44,051 nucleotides of DNA from Chrysochromulina tobinii. Taxonomy: Eukaryota. The stretch lies in the NCBI GenBank assembly GCA_001275005.1, contig JWZX01003181.1:1-44051 (forward strand). The letters run 5' to 3'. Below the pieces are notes generated by a model. That model had not been told where the DNA came from, made no database searches, and saw only the letters and a program-made list of their open reading frames with translations. A program made the translations under genes and the position numbers. Below are positions 20,675 through 31,058 of the stretch, one piece after another; within the stretch, counting starts at the first letter, position 1, and every line of letters begins with the position of its first letter.

Positions 20675-21178
20675 ATGGGCACACTCGTCTTTCGTCGTCT
20701 CTGCGCCTCTGCTACGGACGGGCTCCGACTGTTCCGCGGTGTGCCCGACCCGCGGCAGCAACGTGCTGCGGCCACGATTCGGGAAGCGCTCGCTGCCACC
20801 TTTTCGCGCGGCATGGTCCGGGACCGCCGGCTCGAGAACGGTGCAGCTATCCACGTTGTTGACGTGGAGGTGGCCAAGGGCGGCACCGTCGCGCGCGTGC
20901 TCTGGGAGCCGATGGACGAGCGGCGCATTGGCGATGAAAAGTCCCTAACAACTCTCCAGAGGGCCCTTGAGCAGAGGAGCGGTATTCTGCGCGCATACGT
21001 CAACTCCTACCTGAAACAGAAGAGTGCTGTGGCGCTCGAGTTTGTGCCGCTGCAGCTTGCCAATTCACGAACGAAGCGCGCCAGCGCATTCGCCCGAAGT
21101 CAAAAGGTGGCGCTTCAAGCGATTCGCCAAGAATTAATGCAGCGTAAAGTCAAGGCGGAGGACAGCGATAACGTATAG
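20675..21178 (+). CDS. rbfA: Ribosome-binding factor A-like protein (organellar)
   Basis: RQQRAAATIREAL...IHVVDVEV...ARVLW...ALEQRSGILR...LEFV follows the RbfA pattern. Arg-rich N-terminal presequence. Confidence 0.7.
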   Translation: MGTLVFRRLCASATDGLRLFRGVPDPRQQRAAATIREALAATFSRGMVRDRRLENGAAIHVVDVEVAKGGTVARVLWEPMDERRIGDEKSLTTLQRALEQRSGILRAYVNSYLKQKSAVALEFVPLQLANSRTKRASAFARSQKVALQAIRQELMQRKVKAEDSDNV

Positions 21179-21752
21179 GTCGCAGAAAACACGTACAGTT
21201 CTAGCTTGTTCATGAGCCGTTGTTCTACGACACCACAGTTATCGTAGATGCCATAGATGGCAGTCGACACAGCTGAAAGCTCTTTCCTTTCTTCACTTGG
21301 CATACGGCAAGCATTTTTTTATGAGCGTTTTCACTCCCGCTATCAATCCTGTATCGTGTATGAACTACAATCATAACGTCCAACGTCGATGCATCGTCGT
21401 CGCCGGACTTACGTTAATATAGTAATATAGTTTCGTCATCTCTTTATTAGGCAACCAGGGGGTTTCGTCATTAGGGCTACCGGTCCGGATCTCGCCTACG
21501 ATATAGTACCGATCCGATACTTCGACGCCGGCGAGAACACTCAACACAGAACGCACAGGTCGCGAGATCCAGATCGGGGCGCCAATGCGGGGCGCGGGGG
21601 CCCGTATCTGGATCGTCAATTGAAAATTCGTCATACAACGAGTAGTACACGCCAATTTGCAACCGTTACGTGAAAATTTTATGTGGACAATGTCGCGTGT
21701 GCAATGCGGCTTGTCGGAGATGCACCGCGCCGCCCAGCATCACTTTTAGCTT

Positions 21753-24044
21753 TCACACCTTGTAATCGCATGAGCTTTCGCGTGATGACTTTTTGAACGA
21801 GCCCTTGCTGCCCATCCTCGCCAGGAGCGAGGGACGCGGCGCCTCGTCATCGCGTTCGCATGAGCTTTCGCGTGATGACTTTTTGAACGAGCCCTTGCTG
21901 CCCATCCTCGCCAGGAGCGAGGGACGCGGCGCCTCGTCATCGCGTTCGCGTGAGCTATCGCGGGATGACATTTTGAACGAGCCCTTGCTGCCCATCCTCG
22001 CCAGGAGCGAGGGACGCGGCGCCTTCGCCGGCTTGCCTCCGACGATCTGCACCTCGACCTCGGCGACGGCGTTGGCACCGGCTGCTGCGGCTTCTAATCG
22101 CCTCAGTTCCTCCTCATCCTCGGTCGCGAGAGGCTCCAGTGACCGCAGGCGCCTCAGGTCGGCGAGGCGCGCGGAGCGCGCCGCCTTGTTCTTGGCCGGC
22201 AGCGCCTTCCATTTAGCTGCGGCCTTGATGAGCGTGAAGCCCACGTTCATCTTCTTCAGGGCGTTCTTGATGTCGTCGTCCGAGATGTCTAGAGGCAGAT
22301 GCTCCTGCTGGAGCATGGGCTCGGCGCCGTTGTTTGTGACCCACGCGTCCTGTCGTAGCTCCGCGACCGTCGGCCGTTGCCGAGGGTTCTTGTGGAGCAT
22401 CCTGCCTAATATGGCAATCAGCTCGGCCGACAAGTGCGGCGCGAGCTTTGGCGAGTCCTCCTTGATCTGCCGCCAGATATCTGGCATATTGTCGGACCAG
22501 AACGGCATCTCCCCACTCGTGAGGTACGCGAGCGTCACGCCCGACGCCCATACGTCCGCCGGCCGCCCGTGAAAGGGCTTGCCCACGAGCATCTCCGGCG
22601 CGAAATAGGGCGGCGTGCCCGTTGCCTTGAGGATAGAATCGTCGTGGCGTGGCTTCGCCTTCTGGCCGCCGTTCTTGCCCGCCTCGCTCGCCTCGCTCGC
22701 CACGACGTTGACGCACAGCTGCGACACGCCAAAGTCGAGCAGCTTGGCGAGAGGCACTAGCGGCCGATCGGGGACGCTGGACTCTTTGGAGAACCTCGAG
22801 CGTCGAGGTGTTGAAGGTAAGCGCTGCGCCACCATCGCCGCCGTCACTGGCGCCGCTCCAGCCGCCTCTCGAGGTGTTGAAGGTGAGCGCTGCGCCACCA
22901 TCCCCGCCGTCACTGGCGCCGCTCCAGCCGCCGCTCCAGCTGCCGCTCCCGCCGCTCCCGCCGCCACCGCTGCCAGATCGCGCGGCAACGGGGGGATGCT
23001 GGAGTTGATGCTGGGGGCCGGCTGAGCTCTCTGCCCTGGTGCTGACGGCGGTGTGCTGCTCGATGCCGGGGGCGCTGCCTTGGGCTCGGCATTCGGCTCG
23101 AGCTCGACAGCCGGGGCGACCGCCTCAGCCTTGAGCTCCGCTATCAGTTGACGTCGAAGCAATCGGGCGGCAAAAGCCCTCTGCGCCGACTGGAGCCGTG
23201 TGGCTGCGCCGTCGGCAGGCGGCGCGTCTGCATTCGCAGCCGAGAGGCTCTCCGAGGATGACCGAGCGCGTCTATCACGTCCAGTGAAACTGTCACCGGC
23301 GCTCGTCGTCGCCTCGCTCAGCCCATCGATGGCGGCGCCGAGCGCACTGCTGGTGCTGCTGAACAGCGTGCCCAAAGTGTTGGTCAGCTCCAAAAGGCCA
23401 CCCTTTTCTCGCGCTCGACTCCACATCGGTCGCTCGGAGAAGACGATGTTCTCGGGCTTGATGTCGCGATGCAGGATGCCGTTGGCGTGCAGGTACTCGA
23501 GGCCGTCCAGCAGGTCGCGGAACACGCTCCGCGCGACCGCCTCGTCCAGGTATGTCTGGTCAGGCGGCAGATTGTCCGGCTCCATCACCTGGCCTCCGAG
23601 GAGAAGCTCCATCACGAGAAAGATGCGATCGCCCATCGGGTCATCAATGACCTCGAAGAGGTGGATGCAGTTCGGGTGGCGCACGTGCTTCATCACGGCA
23701 ATCTCTTTGAGCACGGCTTCCGAGACCGAGGTGCACTGCTGCGTCTGCGGCTTTCCAATCTGCTTCGGCTTGCCTAGCCGCTTGGTTTTCTCGCGAAGCC
23801 GGCCCTTGTCCATCAGCTTGATCGCGACCACGTCGCCCCGCAATTCGTCGGATGCTTGGTATACGGCCCCGAAGGCACCCTTGCCGAGCAATCCCTTGAT
23901 CCAGTACTGGTTGACGCGCTTGAGCATGGTCGAGCCCGACTTAGTCTCGATGTTCTCCACCGTTTTTTCGATCACCCCCTCATGCTGCATGCCGCGACTC
24001 ACTTCGCGCCGCTTGATCTGCTTGCAAGAGCAGGCGGCACCCAT
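21753..24044 (-). CDS. CaMKK/GRIK-like Ser/Thr protein kinase with large internal insert
   Basis: VNQY...LGKGAFG, VAIK, EIAVMKHVRHPN...EVIDDP, HRDIKPEN, DFGVS, GTPPYFAPE, ADVWASG. Likely start MGAACSC (acylation motif). Confidence 0.9.
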   Translation of the reverse strand: MGAACSCKQIKRREVSRGMQHEGVIEKTVENIETKSGSTMLKRVNQYWIKGLLGKGAFGAVYQASDELRGDVVAIKLMDKGRLREKTKRLGKPKQIGKPQTQQCTSVSEAVLKEIAVMKHVRHPNCIHLFEVIDDPMGDRIFLVMELLLGGQVMEPDNLPPDQTYLDEAVARSVFRDLLDGLEYLHANGILHRDIKPENIVFSERPMWSRAREKGGLLELTNTLGTLFSSTSSALGAAIDGLSEATTSAGDSFTGRDRRARSSSESLSAANADAPPADGAATRLQSAQRAFAARLLRRQLIAELKAEAVAPAVELEPNAEPKAAPPASSSTPPSAPGQRAQPAPSINSSIPPLPRDLAAVAAGAAGAAAGAAAGAAPVTAGMVAQRSPSTPREAAGAAPVTAAMVAQRLPSTPRRSRFSKESSVPDRPLVPLAKLLDFGVSQLCVNVVASEASEAGKNGGQKAKPRHDDSILKATGTPPYFAPEMLVGKPFHGRPADVWASGVTLAYLTSGEMPFWSDNMPDIWRQIKEDSPKLAPHLSAELIAILGRMLHKNPRQRPTVAELRQDAWVTNNGAEPMLQQEHLPLDISDDDIKNALKKMNVGFTLIKAAAKWKALPAKNKAARSARLADLRRLRSLEPLATEDEEELRRLEAAAAGANAVAEVEVQIVGGKPAKAPRPSLLARMGSKGSFKMSSRDSSRERDDEAPRPSLLARMGSKGSFKKSSRESSCERDDEAPRPSLLARMGSKGSFKKSSRESSCDYKV
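21766..22024. repeat. 90-bp tandem repeat, about 2.9 copies, in kinase C-terminus
   Basis: Encodes APRPSLLARMGSKGSFK(K/M)SSR(E/D)SS x3. Confidence 0.95.
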
Positions 24045-24266
24045 GGTTCCGAGGCACCGGCCTGTGCAGTCGGGGTGCACGGCAACGCGACGGAAAAGTG
24101 CCGACGGAATGGATCGGAAGGGTCTTCCCCAGATGGTCTTCTCGCGAGAATCTTGCGTAAACACGACAGACATGCTTCTGTACCTGCTCAGACTACACAT
24201 ACCACTTGTGCTTGTGCTGCGCCTCGCACCCAGGAGCACACGCGCGCGCGCGCTTTCTCAAACGCT

Positions 24267-24787
24267 ATGCCGCAACGCTCGATGTCGCTGGCCTCAGCCT
24301 TTCCGCCAAGACAGCCTCGCAGTGTCTTCAGTTTCGGCGACGGTGGTTCCCAGAATGCCGAGCCGCCTGCGACCGGCACACTACCCGGCCGGCGCCGCAA
24401 TGTCACTGAGGACACGTGGGGTGGCTCACTGGATGAGGTGCTGTCCTCCATGCCGAGGCAACAGCTGGAGCTACCATCCGAGGCACCAACGTTGCCTCAG
24501 CGCCCGGCGCTTCCAGCACCGAGCCGCAGGCCACGTGCCACGGCCTCCGACTTTGGTGGGGCTCTGGATGAGGTCCTGGCGCAGAGGTCCGCACGCCAAC
24601 AGGTGCCTGCACCACCTGCACAGTCGCATCCACCCCTCCCAACACGTCATCGCCCTCATCGAGCAGCAACTGTGGATGACTGGGGCGGAGGCCTCGATAC
24701 GGTCATGCTGCGCCCACGAAGGAGGATGCATGACTGGCACAGGGACGACGAATGCCTTGAGCCACAGCAGCAGCAGCAGCAGCAGCA

Positions 24788-24820
<33 letters not shown>

Positions 24821-25550
24821 CCGACCTCTGCCTGCTGCACAGCTGCCTCCCCAGCCTCTATCGCAGCTCGTCTCCATGGGCTTCAGCTTGGCCGCAGCCC
24901 GCGCCGCCCTTGAGGTCCACTCCACCGTCGATGCGGCAGTGGAGGCGCTCCTGCCCGCTGCGAGCCAGGGTCGCGAGAGCGTGGGCAGCCACGCAACGCC
25001 GCCCCCACCCCCTTTGGCTGCGGTGGTGGCATCGCGCGGACCCGCTGCGACGGCTGCCGAGTGGGGCGGTGGACTGGGCGACGTGCTGCGTCCGCCGGCG
25101 CCGGCTCGCAGCAGCCTCCTTGCCGAGGCTGCCCGCGCCCGCAACGCGTCGCGCCGGCTGCCGGCTGCGCCACCGGAGCTGCCTCAAGATGAGTACTACG
25201 AGCTCATGCAGATGCACCTGCGCGACAACGTGGAGAGCGCACCCGCTCAGAAGGCGTGGCAGCAGGACTGGCGTTGCGTCCTCAAGCTCTTCAAGACTGT
25301 ACATCCGCCATCGCACGCACGTCGCGTCGTCGTGGGCAGCGGCAGCGAGCTCACTGACGAGGACGAAGTGTGCTCCATCTGCATCGAGCCGCTCCACGCG
25401 GCGGTGACGGGGCTTGGCGGCTCTCCGGTGTGCGCGCTGCCGTGCAAACACATCTTCCATCGCAAGTGCCTCACCGAGTGCGTCAAGCGCGGCCATTGGA
25501 CGTGCCCGAATTGCCGGGATGACCTGCGCCTGCGTCTCGGCACTGAATGA
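24267..25550 (+). CDS. UBA + RING-H2 E3 ubiquitin ligase with polyQ
   Basis: QLVSMGFSLAAARAAL...VDAAVEALL (UBA); CSIC...LPCKHIFHRKC...CPNC (C3H2C3); CAG tract 24765-24818. Likely ATG at 24267. Confidence 0.85.
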
Positions 25551-25858
25551 GTGTGGATGGTTGAAATTTTCTCATAAAAATCATACAAAGTCTCTCCGTA
25601 TTCCGAAAACTTCAGCGCGCGTGTAGGGCCGCACGCAGCCGCTTATCAAGAGTTCTCGCGGCTGCCACCGCTCGCTCTCGTCTAACGGCTCGCGGCTCAA
25701 GAAAGGCACACCAGAAGAGGCGGTCACAGGTTAGGACGTCACAGACAGACAGGCACGCTCGATGCTGGGCGTGCAGCCTGTACACCCCACAGCACAGGAC
25801 ATGGGCAAGCCTTGCCACGGTTCGGGGGCGCTCGCAGATCCATCGCACGCAAAAATAC

Positions 25859-26379
25859 TCAGCCCGGCGACGCACCGCCCTGCAGCCCACCAGCTGCCGC
25901 TGGCCGGCCACCCGCTGCCGCCTGCTGCTCGCTGAGACCGCTGACGACGTGCAGTACCGCAGCGACTGCGAGGATATGCCAGCCGAAGAAGAGCGCGAGC
26001 AGTGCGAGGATAACGATGTGAATGAGCTGAACCCTCCGCGCTGGAAGACGCCAAATTGCCGGGATCTCAACGGACTGGCCACGGATGCCAAGTGCCTCAG
26101 CAACTTGGTCGAGCGGGCCGGGACCAGCACCGCCTGCACCACCCATTCGAGGCATCCCAGCGCCGCCGCCGCCATGTAAATTGCGTATATTGGACTGGCC
26201 TGGCGCCGTCGATGCGGCAGGTTTTGGGTTACGCCGGGCGATGGCGCGGGGGTCGTTGTCGGGCACGATCTCGCCGTTACTGCGAAACGGAGAGCGGATG
26301 GGAGCAGATCGCGGCGCTCAGGTATAGATTCAATTCGGCTTGAACTCGATGTGTGTGTGCCTTACATGATCACCACCAT
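25859..26379 (-). CDS. FAM241/DUF4605-like small membrane protein; exons 26379-26366, 26279-25859
   Basis: Splicing GTAAGG...TTTCGCAG (26365-26280) gives MVVIINGEIVPDNDPR, like the FAM241B N-terminus; C-terminal hydrophobic hairpin; 435 nt in frame. Confidence 0.75.
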
Positions 26380-26563
26380 CCGTTCTCGAGCGGGTCCGCT
26401 CGCGAGCACCTCTCTCGAGCGGATGTGAAGGAAATTTCACCACGACAAACACTCGACACAGCTCCGCGGCCGATGTGCTAGGCGTCGGATGGCGAGCTTT
26501 GAACACTTCCTTCATTGAAAACAATTTACGCTTTCACTAATTATCTCGAGACCAAAATTAATT

Positions 26564-27874
26564 ATGAGAGGTAGAATGAATCGTCGGCCTCGCGGCCACG
26601 CCGCCCGTGGAGAGCCCGACGGCGCGATGGCATCGCTGAAGAGTGATGGCATAGAGATCTATCACCCAGCGTCGACCAGCACGCCCGAGATCGATCTCAC
26701 GCACAGTGCATGCGATGTCATGAGTCGAAAATCTAGCAGGCGCGCTCGATCTTCTTTTGAGGATATCACATCACCGAAGAAGGTGTGGACCGAGACTTCC
26801 CGAGAGGATCGCGTTGCTTCTGAGCTGTTGCTCGACCCGCTGCTCTGCCAAACACTTTTGCCTGTTGGCTCGGCATTGATCAACGTGATATCGAGTGAAG
26901 AACATCGGGGACGCACTCACTTCCACTTTGCTCACGGTTTTGGAGCCAGCAGTCTCTCCTTTGAGCGGTTGATGTCTTACATGTGCTCGGCGACGAACCT
27001 GGATGTCGGCGTCGTCTGCGCTCACGACATTGCAGGCTTTGGACAATCGCAGCCGCCCAACCATCACCACGAGTACACGCTGCAGCATGATGGATGCTGC
27101 GTGACGCCGGCTGCTCTCGAGCACGCCCTGGTTCGTGCAGGTCTTCCGGCTGGCGGCGGTAGGGATGCCGGCATAGTATTCTGCGGACACAGCATGGGAT
27201 GCATCTCAGCAGTCTTCAGCGCCGTCGAGTGGCTAGAGCGTGGGCACCGCACCCCATCAGTCCTCCTGGTCGCGCCAGCCATCGCCGCCTCGGCAGGCGC
27301 AGCTGAGGCGTGCCGTTTCGACCTCGCCACGCAGCTCTGGCTGCGCGCGCTCTTTGCTGCCCTCGCATGGGTTCGTGCGGTCGGCGCGTTGGGTGCGATC
27401 GCCATTCGGACGATGATCTTTGGGCTGGTGAGCTTGCCGCGCTTTTGGAAGGGCGGCCTGCATGTCGCGTTCAGCTTCCATTCGGGACTCCCCACAGCGC
27501 GCACGGCCGCACAGTATGCGAGCGCGGCTCAGCGCAAGAATTGGACAGACGGGCTGCTCGCATTCATCGACGCCAATGTGTGGCGCGCCGGCCGCCAACT
27601 GCCGCTCCCACCCACGCCACAGCACGCGCATGCATCGTCGGTTCCGCAGCTCCTACGGCGATTACAAGCTGCGGGCGCTCGCATTTTGATCGTGCACGAC
27701 GAGGGTGACTTGTTGGTGCCGCTCGCCAACAGCCACCGGCTTCTCGCGGCGTTGCCGCCTGGCAAGGCCAGCTTGGAGACGACGCGTGGCTCAGGCCATA
27801 TGCCGCACGAGACTGACGTCGCTGCGTTCACGGCACTTCTCGTCAAGAGCGGATTACTTCGTGAGCTCTCATGA
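26564..27874 (+). CDS. Alpha/beta fold hydrolase
   Basis: HGFGAS oxyanion motif, DIAGFGQS, GHSMG nucleophile elbow, DLLVP, GHMPHE. Start may be downstream. Confidence 0.88.
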   Translation: MRGRMNRRPRGHAARGEPDGAMASLKSDGIEIYHPASTSTPEIDLTHSACDVMSRKSSRRARSSFEDITSPKKVWTETSREDRVASELLLDPLLCQTLLPVGSALINVISSEEHRGRTHFHFAHGFGASSLSFERLMSYMCSATNLDVGVVCAHDIAGFGQSQPPNHHHEYTLQHDGCCVTPAALEHALVRAGLPAGGGRDAGIVFCGHSMGCISAVFSAVEWLERGHRTPSVLLVAPAIAASAGAAEACRFDLATQLWLRALFAALAWVRAVGALGAIAIRTMIFGLVSLPRFWKGGLHVAFSFHSGLPTARTAAQYASAAQRKNWTDGLLAFIDANVWRAGRQLPLPPTPQHAHASSVPQLLRRLQAAGARILIVHDEGDLLVPLANSHRLLAALPPGKASLETTRGSGHMPHETDVAAFTALLVKSGLLRELS

Positions 27875-28075
27875 GCTCCCGGTTGCTTAGCAGACGATGC
27901 GTGATTGCGGAGAGTAGGCCGAAGGCTCGTGCAGCGCCGCTTAGTTGAAGTACCACCGGGTATACCGCTAGGTGTTGCTCACGTGCCGTATCGGGAGAAC
28001 TCTGGCCGCATGCGCGCGCGATCGAGGATCGTCGATCGACCCCACATCGTTAGCGGTCCGCACGTCGTTATACAC

Positions 28076-28175
28076 GATACACAATCGTTCAGCGTCCATA
28101 CACAATCGTTCAGCGTCCAAGATTAAATTAACTGTACACTCCTCACAGCTCACTGTACACTCCTCACAGCTCACT
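28076..28175. repeat. Two adjacent 21-bp tandem duplications in intergenic DNA
   Basis: ATACACAATCGTTCAGCGTCC x2 followed by ACTGTACACTCCTCACAGCTC x2. Confidence 0.85.
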
Positions 28176-28445
28176 CGTCTCGCGACACCTCGATACCACG
28201 CTCGCCCGGTCCGTTGGATCGATCGCCGTCGTTCGTCAGTCTGAGTCTCGCAGCTCGATTCATTAGTCTCCGGTTGGTATCGCATGTCCTTGCTCGCCAC
28301 GTCAAGACGCTGGGACTGGACTCGCTTATCTGACGATCCGTGACATTATACAATGAGAGCGGCCCGCACTGGCTTGCTCCGACGGCTTCGATCCTCGCCC
28401 CTGCCCACACACACACTCCCACGTGGCCCAATCAGACCGCCGCCA

Positions 28446-29795
28446 TCAGACAATGCTGGAGAGTGCCTCGCTGGCCGCTGCGGCGTTGTCCATGGGTACC
28501 ATGTGCCCTGCGCCATCGATGGCATAGAAGCTCAGCTTAGCCCCGTTCGGTCCGGAAGCCGAGCGCACGCTCCCAGTGATGGCATGCCCAACCTTGAGCG
28601 GCGCGAACGGCGTGTTCGCCCACTTCGTCGAACCTCCCCACACGAGCGACGTGTTCGCCATCTCGAGCGCGCCCACCCAGTTGCATGCAGTGTCTTGCTT
28701 GCCATAATAGAACGTCACGTCGATGCCCTCTTCCAGCGCACGACTCAGCGAACCCGAGTACGAGAAAGTGTCGTGGTCGTCGAAGGTTGGAAGGCCTACG
28801 CAGCCCGCCGCGCAGCCGCCAAAGGCCTCCTGCCCCGCCGTGCCGCACACGTTGAGCGCCTCCTTGACTTCGTCCCGCAAGAACCAGTCGGACCACTCCT
28901 TGTAATTGTACGAGGTGCAGCCGCAGCACTCCTGGTCGACTAGACGGTAGTCATAGAAGTTGGGAGAGTAGCCGAGGGTCTTGGCCATGAGCGTGCGCGC
29001 CGCCCCGTCGCTCGTGGGCGTGGGCACGCCGTCGGGGATGAGCTTCTGCGCCTTGGTGTACTCGCCAAAGCTGCCGCCCTGCACGGTTCCGTTGACGATG
29101 CCGTTGCCGATCAAGAGAGCTTTGAGTGGGATCTGCTCTGCGGTCGGGCGGCCCATGTTGTAGTCAAGCACGGCGTTGGCCCATGCCGGCACGTAGTGCC
29201 CTCCGTACGATTCGCTCGCCAGGATCAACTTGCGGTGCGCGTGCTCCGGGAAGGCCCGGTACCACCCGAGGATGAACTGCACGAGGTCCTTACCGGCTGC
29301 GACCGACGAGGTCACCTTGCGGCCGGTGCCGGTTGAGTAGCCCACATACCGTGGCTGGTCGACGAAGATGGAATGGACTTGATTGTTGAACGCGTACGCG
29401 TTGCGCGAGAGAGTACCGCTGAAACCCGTCTTGGCCGAGGCCTTGGCGTCCCAAAGCCACATCGGACCACCCTCGGTGGTGGCACCCTCCATCGCCGAGC
29501 AGCCAGGCCCGCCGTTGGACCAGATGAGCACCGGCGCGTCCGCCGGCGCCGCGGATGTAGCGCCCGTGAACCAATAGAAGAGGTAGTCCTCCGCAGTCAC
29601 ATTGATGTAGCCGCTTTCCATCACAAAGTCGACCACCGGCTCGAAGCCCACCAAATATTGTGAGGGAAAATTGACGGGAGCTCGGGTGATCGGCTCTTTG
29701 CACGGTAGCTGACTGGGCGTCGCTACTTCCGGCCAGGGCTTAGATGGGTCCTGCAGGCGGCTGAGAACAAAGGCTAAGAACGTGTGCATGGCCAT
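28446..29795 (-). CDS. Serine carboxypeptidase (peptidase S10)
   Basis: LFYWF, WSNGGPGCS, FVDQPRYVGYS, ESYGGHYVP, IGNG, DTAC, AGHMVP. Confidence 0.93.
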   Translation of the reverse strand: MAMHTFLAFVLSRLQDPSKPWPEVATPSQLPCKEPITRAPVNFPSQYLVGFEPVVDFVMESGYINVTAEDYLFYWFTGATSAAPADAPVLIWSNGGPGCSAMEGATTEGGPMWLWDAKASAKTGFSGTLSRNAYAFNNQVHSIFVDQPRYVGYSTGTGRKVTSSVAAGKDLVQFILGWYRAFPEHAHRKLILASESYGGHYVPAWANAVLDYNMGRPTAEQIPLKALLIGNGIVNGTVQGGSFGEYTKAQKLIPDGVPTPTSDGAARTLMAKTLGYSPNFYDYRLVDQECCGCTSYNYKEWSDWFLRDEVKEALNVCGTAGQEAFGGCAAGCVGLPTFDDHDTFSYSGSLSRALEEGIDVTFYYGKQDTACNWVGALEMANTSLVWGGSTKWANTPFAPLKVGHAITGSVRSASGPNGAKLSFYAIDGAGHMVPMDNAAAASEALSSIV

Positions 29796-30008
29796 TTTGA
29801 GGGTCCCGAGCTGCCCGCGGGCTCGCCGACGCTCACAGGGGAGAGGGAGTACACGAGTTCGTTCCCCTCTCGCTTGAAAACCGGTGTGAACATCCCGGTG
29901 TGAAAATATCGGTTCACACATCTACACACGTTAATGCCCCGGCCACACACGTGAAGATCGCGGGTGTTAATCATATGAAGGCCGCGGAAATCGAGAGGAC
30001 GCCATCAC

Positions 30009-30563
30009 ATGTGCCCAGCTGCGGGCAGATGTATGACTTCAGAGCACGATGATGAAGAGGAGGTGCACGATGAACAGGTGGCTCCTCCGGGCGGCCTCAG
30101 CGCGATCGCAGCAGAGATGGCCAGCACGCGCGCGATGGCAGCCAGCTTCTTTGGTGGAGATTTAGAACCCGTAGGAGACGGCGAGGTGCTTGCCGAAGCG
30201 TTGCGAAGTATTCTGAAGGCCATCGATCGAGATGAGATCATCGAGGACTTCGTAGACTCCAACGCCCTTGCGTTCGCAGAACACTCAATCGATGCCGAGC
30301 AACGGCTTGAATGGGCGCCACTCTACAACAAGTATGTCGAGCTTGTCGAGCTGGTGATCAAGGATCGTCTTGATGAGTTGGATTGCTCAGCGGAAGACTT
30401 ATTCAAATACGCTCGACGGTACAGCGATGAGGACCCGGGCGCTCGTCGGCTACTGCGCAAAGTGCACGCCTTGGAAGAGTATCGCGAGTTCTGTGGCATG
30501 ATGCAAGCCGCCCATCGAAGGACACACGCACGATCAGAATGCGTCGTGGTTGGTGATGTGTGA
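30009..30563 (+). CDS. BART (ARL2BP/CFAP36-like) domain protein
   Basis: IEDFVDSNALAF...EQRLEWAPLYNKYVELVE...L....S.EDLF...EYREFCGMM matches the BART pattern. Confidence 0.75.
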   Translation: MCPAAGRCMTSEHDDEEEVHDEQVAPPGGLSAIAAEMASTRAMAASFFGGDLEPVGDGEVLAEALRSILKAIDRDEIIEDFVDSNALAFAEHSIDAEQRLEWAPLYNKYVELVELVIKDRLDELDCSAEDLFKYARRYSDEDPGARRLLRKVHALEEYREFCGMMQAAHRRTHARSECVVVGDV

Positions 30564-31058
30564 AGTGGGGTAAAGCTCTCATGTACGTGTACATGTAAAA
30601 TGAGTGCGTTCACAGTCTGAAGGGTTTATGAATTCACCAAGAGGACCTCCAAGCTCCACAAGGACGACCCCGGCGGTACAGGGACTGCACATTAAGATAG
30701 CGATCGCCCACCGCAGGCGCCAGCTTTTCCCAGGAGTCGATCGAGGACCCCGGGGCCCTCCCACCCCAACCACTCTCAGTAAGACAGCGGGCCGGCGGTA
30801 CAAAGCCAAGGGTTTCCAACTCAAAGCGAGTTTCGCACAGGTTCACGCTCATTCCGTTTTTGCAGGTGAATGTTGCTCCTTGGCTGTGAACGCGCTGACT
30901 CTTTTCGAAAAAGCATCCAGCGCTCTTGCGGCCCCTCGAAAAATGATGATGATGTGTGAAAACATTCACTTGCGTCTGTGCGTTGTTAACCGCATCCGTA
31001 TGTACGCCGGTCCGGTGTCTTGGGTGTCGAATTCTAAACATTGGCTGTGTGAACGGTC

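Noticed and set aside
21480..21615. Short inverted repeats (GGATCTCGC/GCGAGATCC; GATCCAGAT/ATCTGGATC) suggesting a MITE or ncRNA
   Set aside because: Only 9-bp arms, no TSD and no second copy in the window.
23200..25407. 735-aa plus-strand ORF (and similar long shadows such as 12975-14630, 2920-3729)
   Set aside because: Antisense or alternative-frame shadows of well-supported genes in high-GC DNA; Ser/Arg-rich with no motifs.
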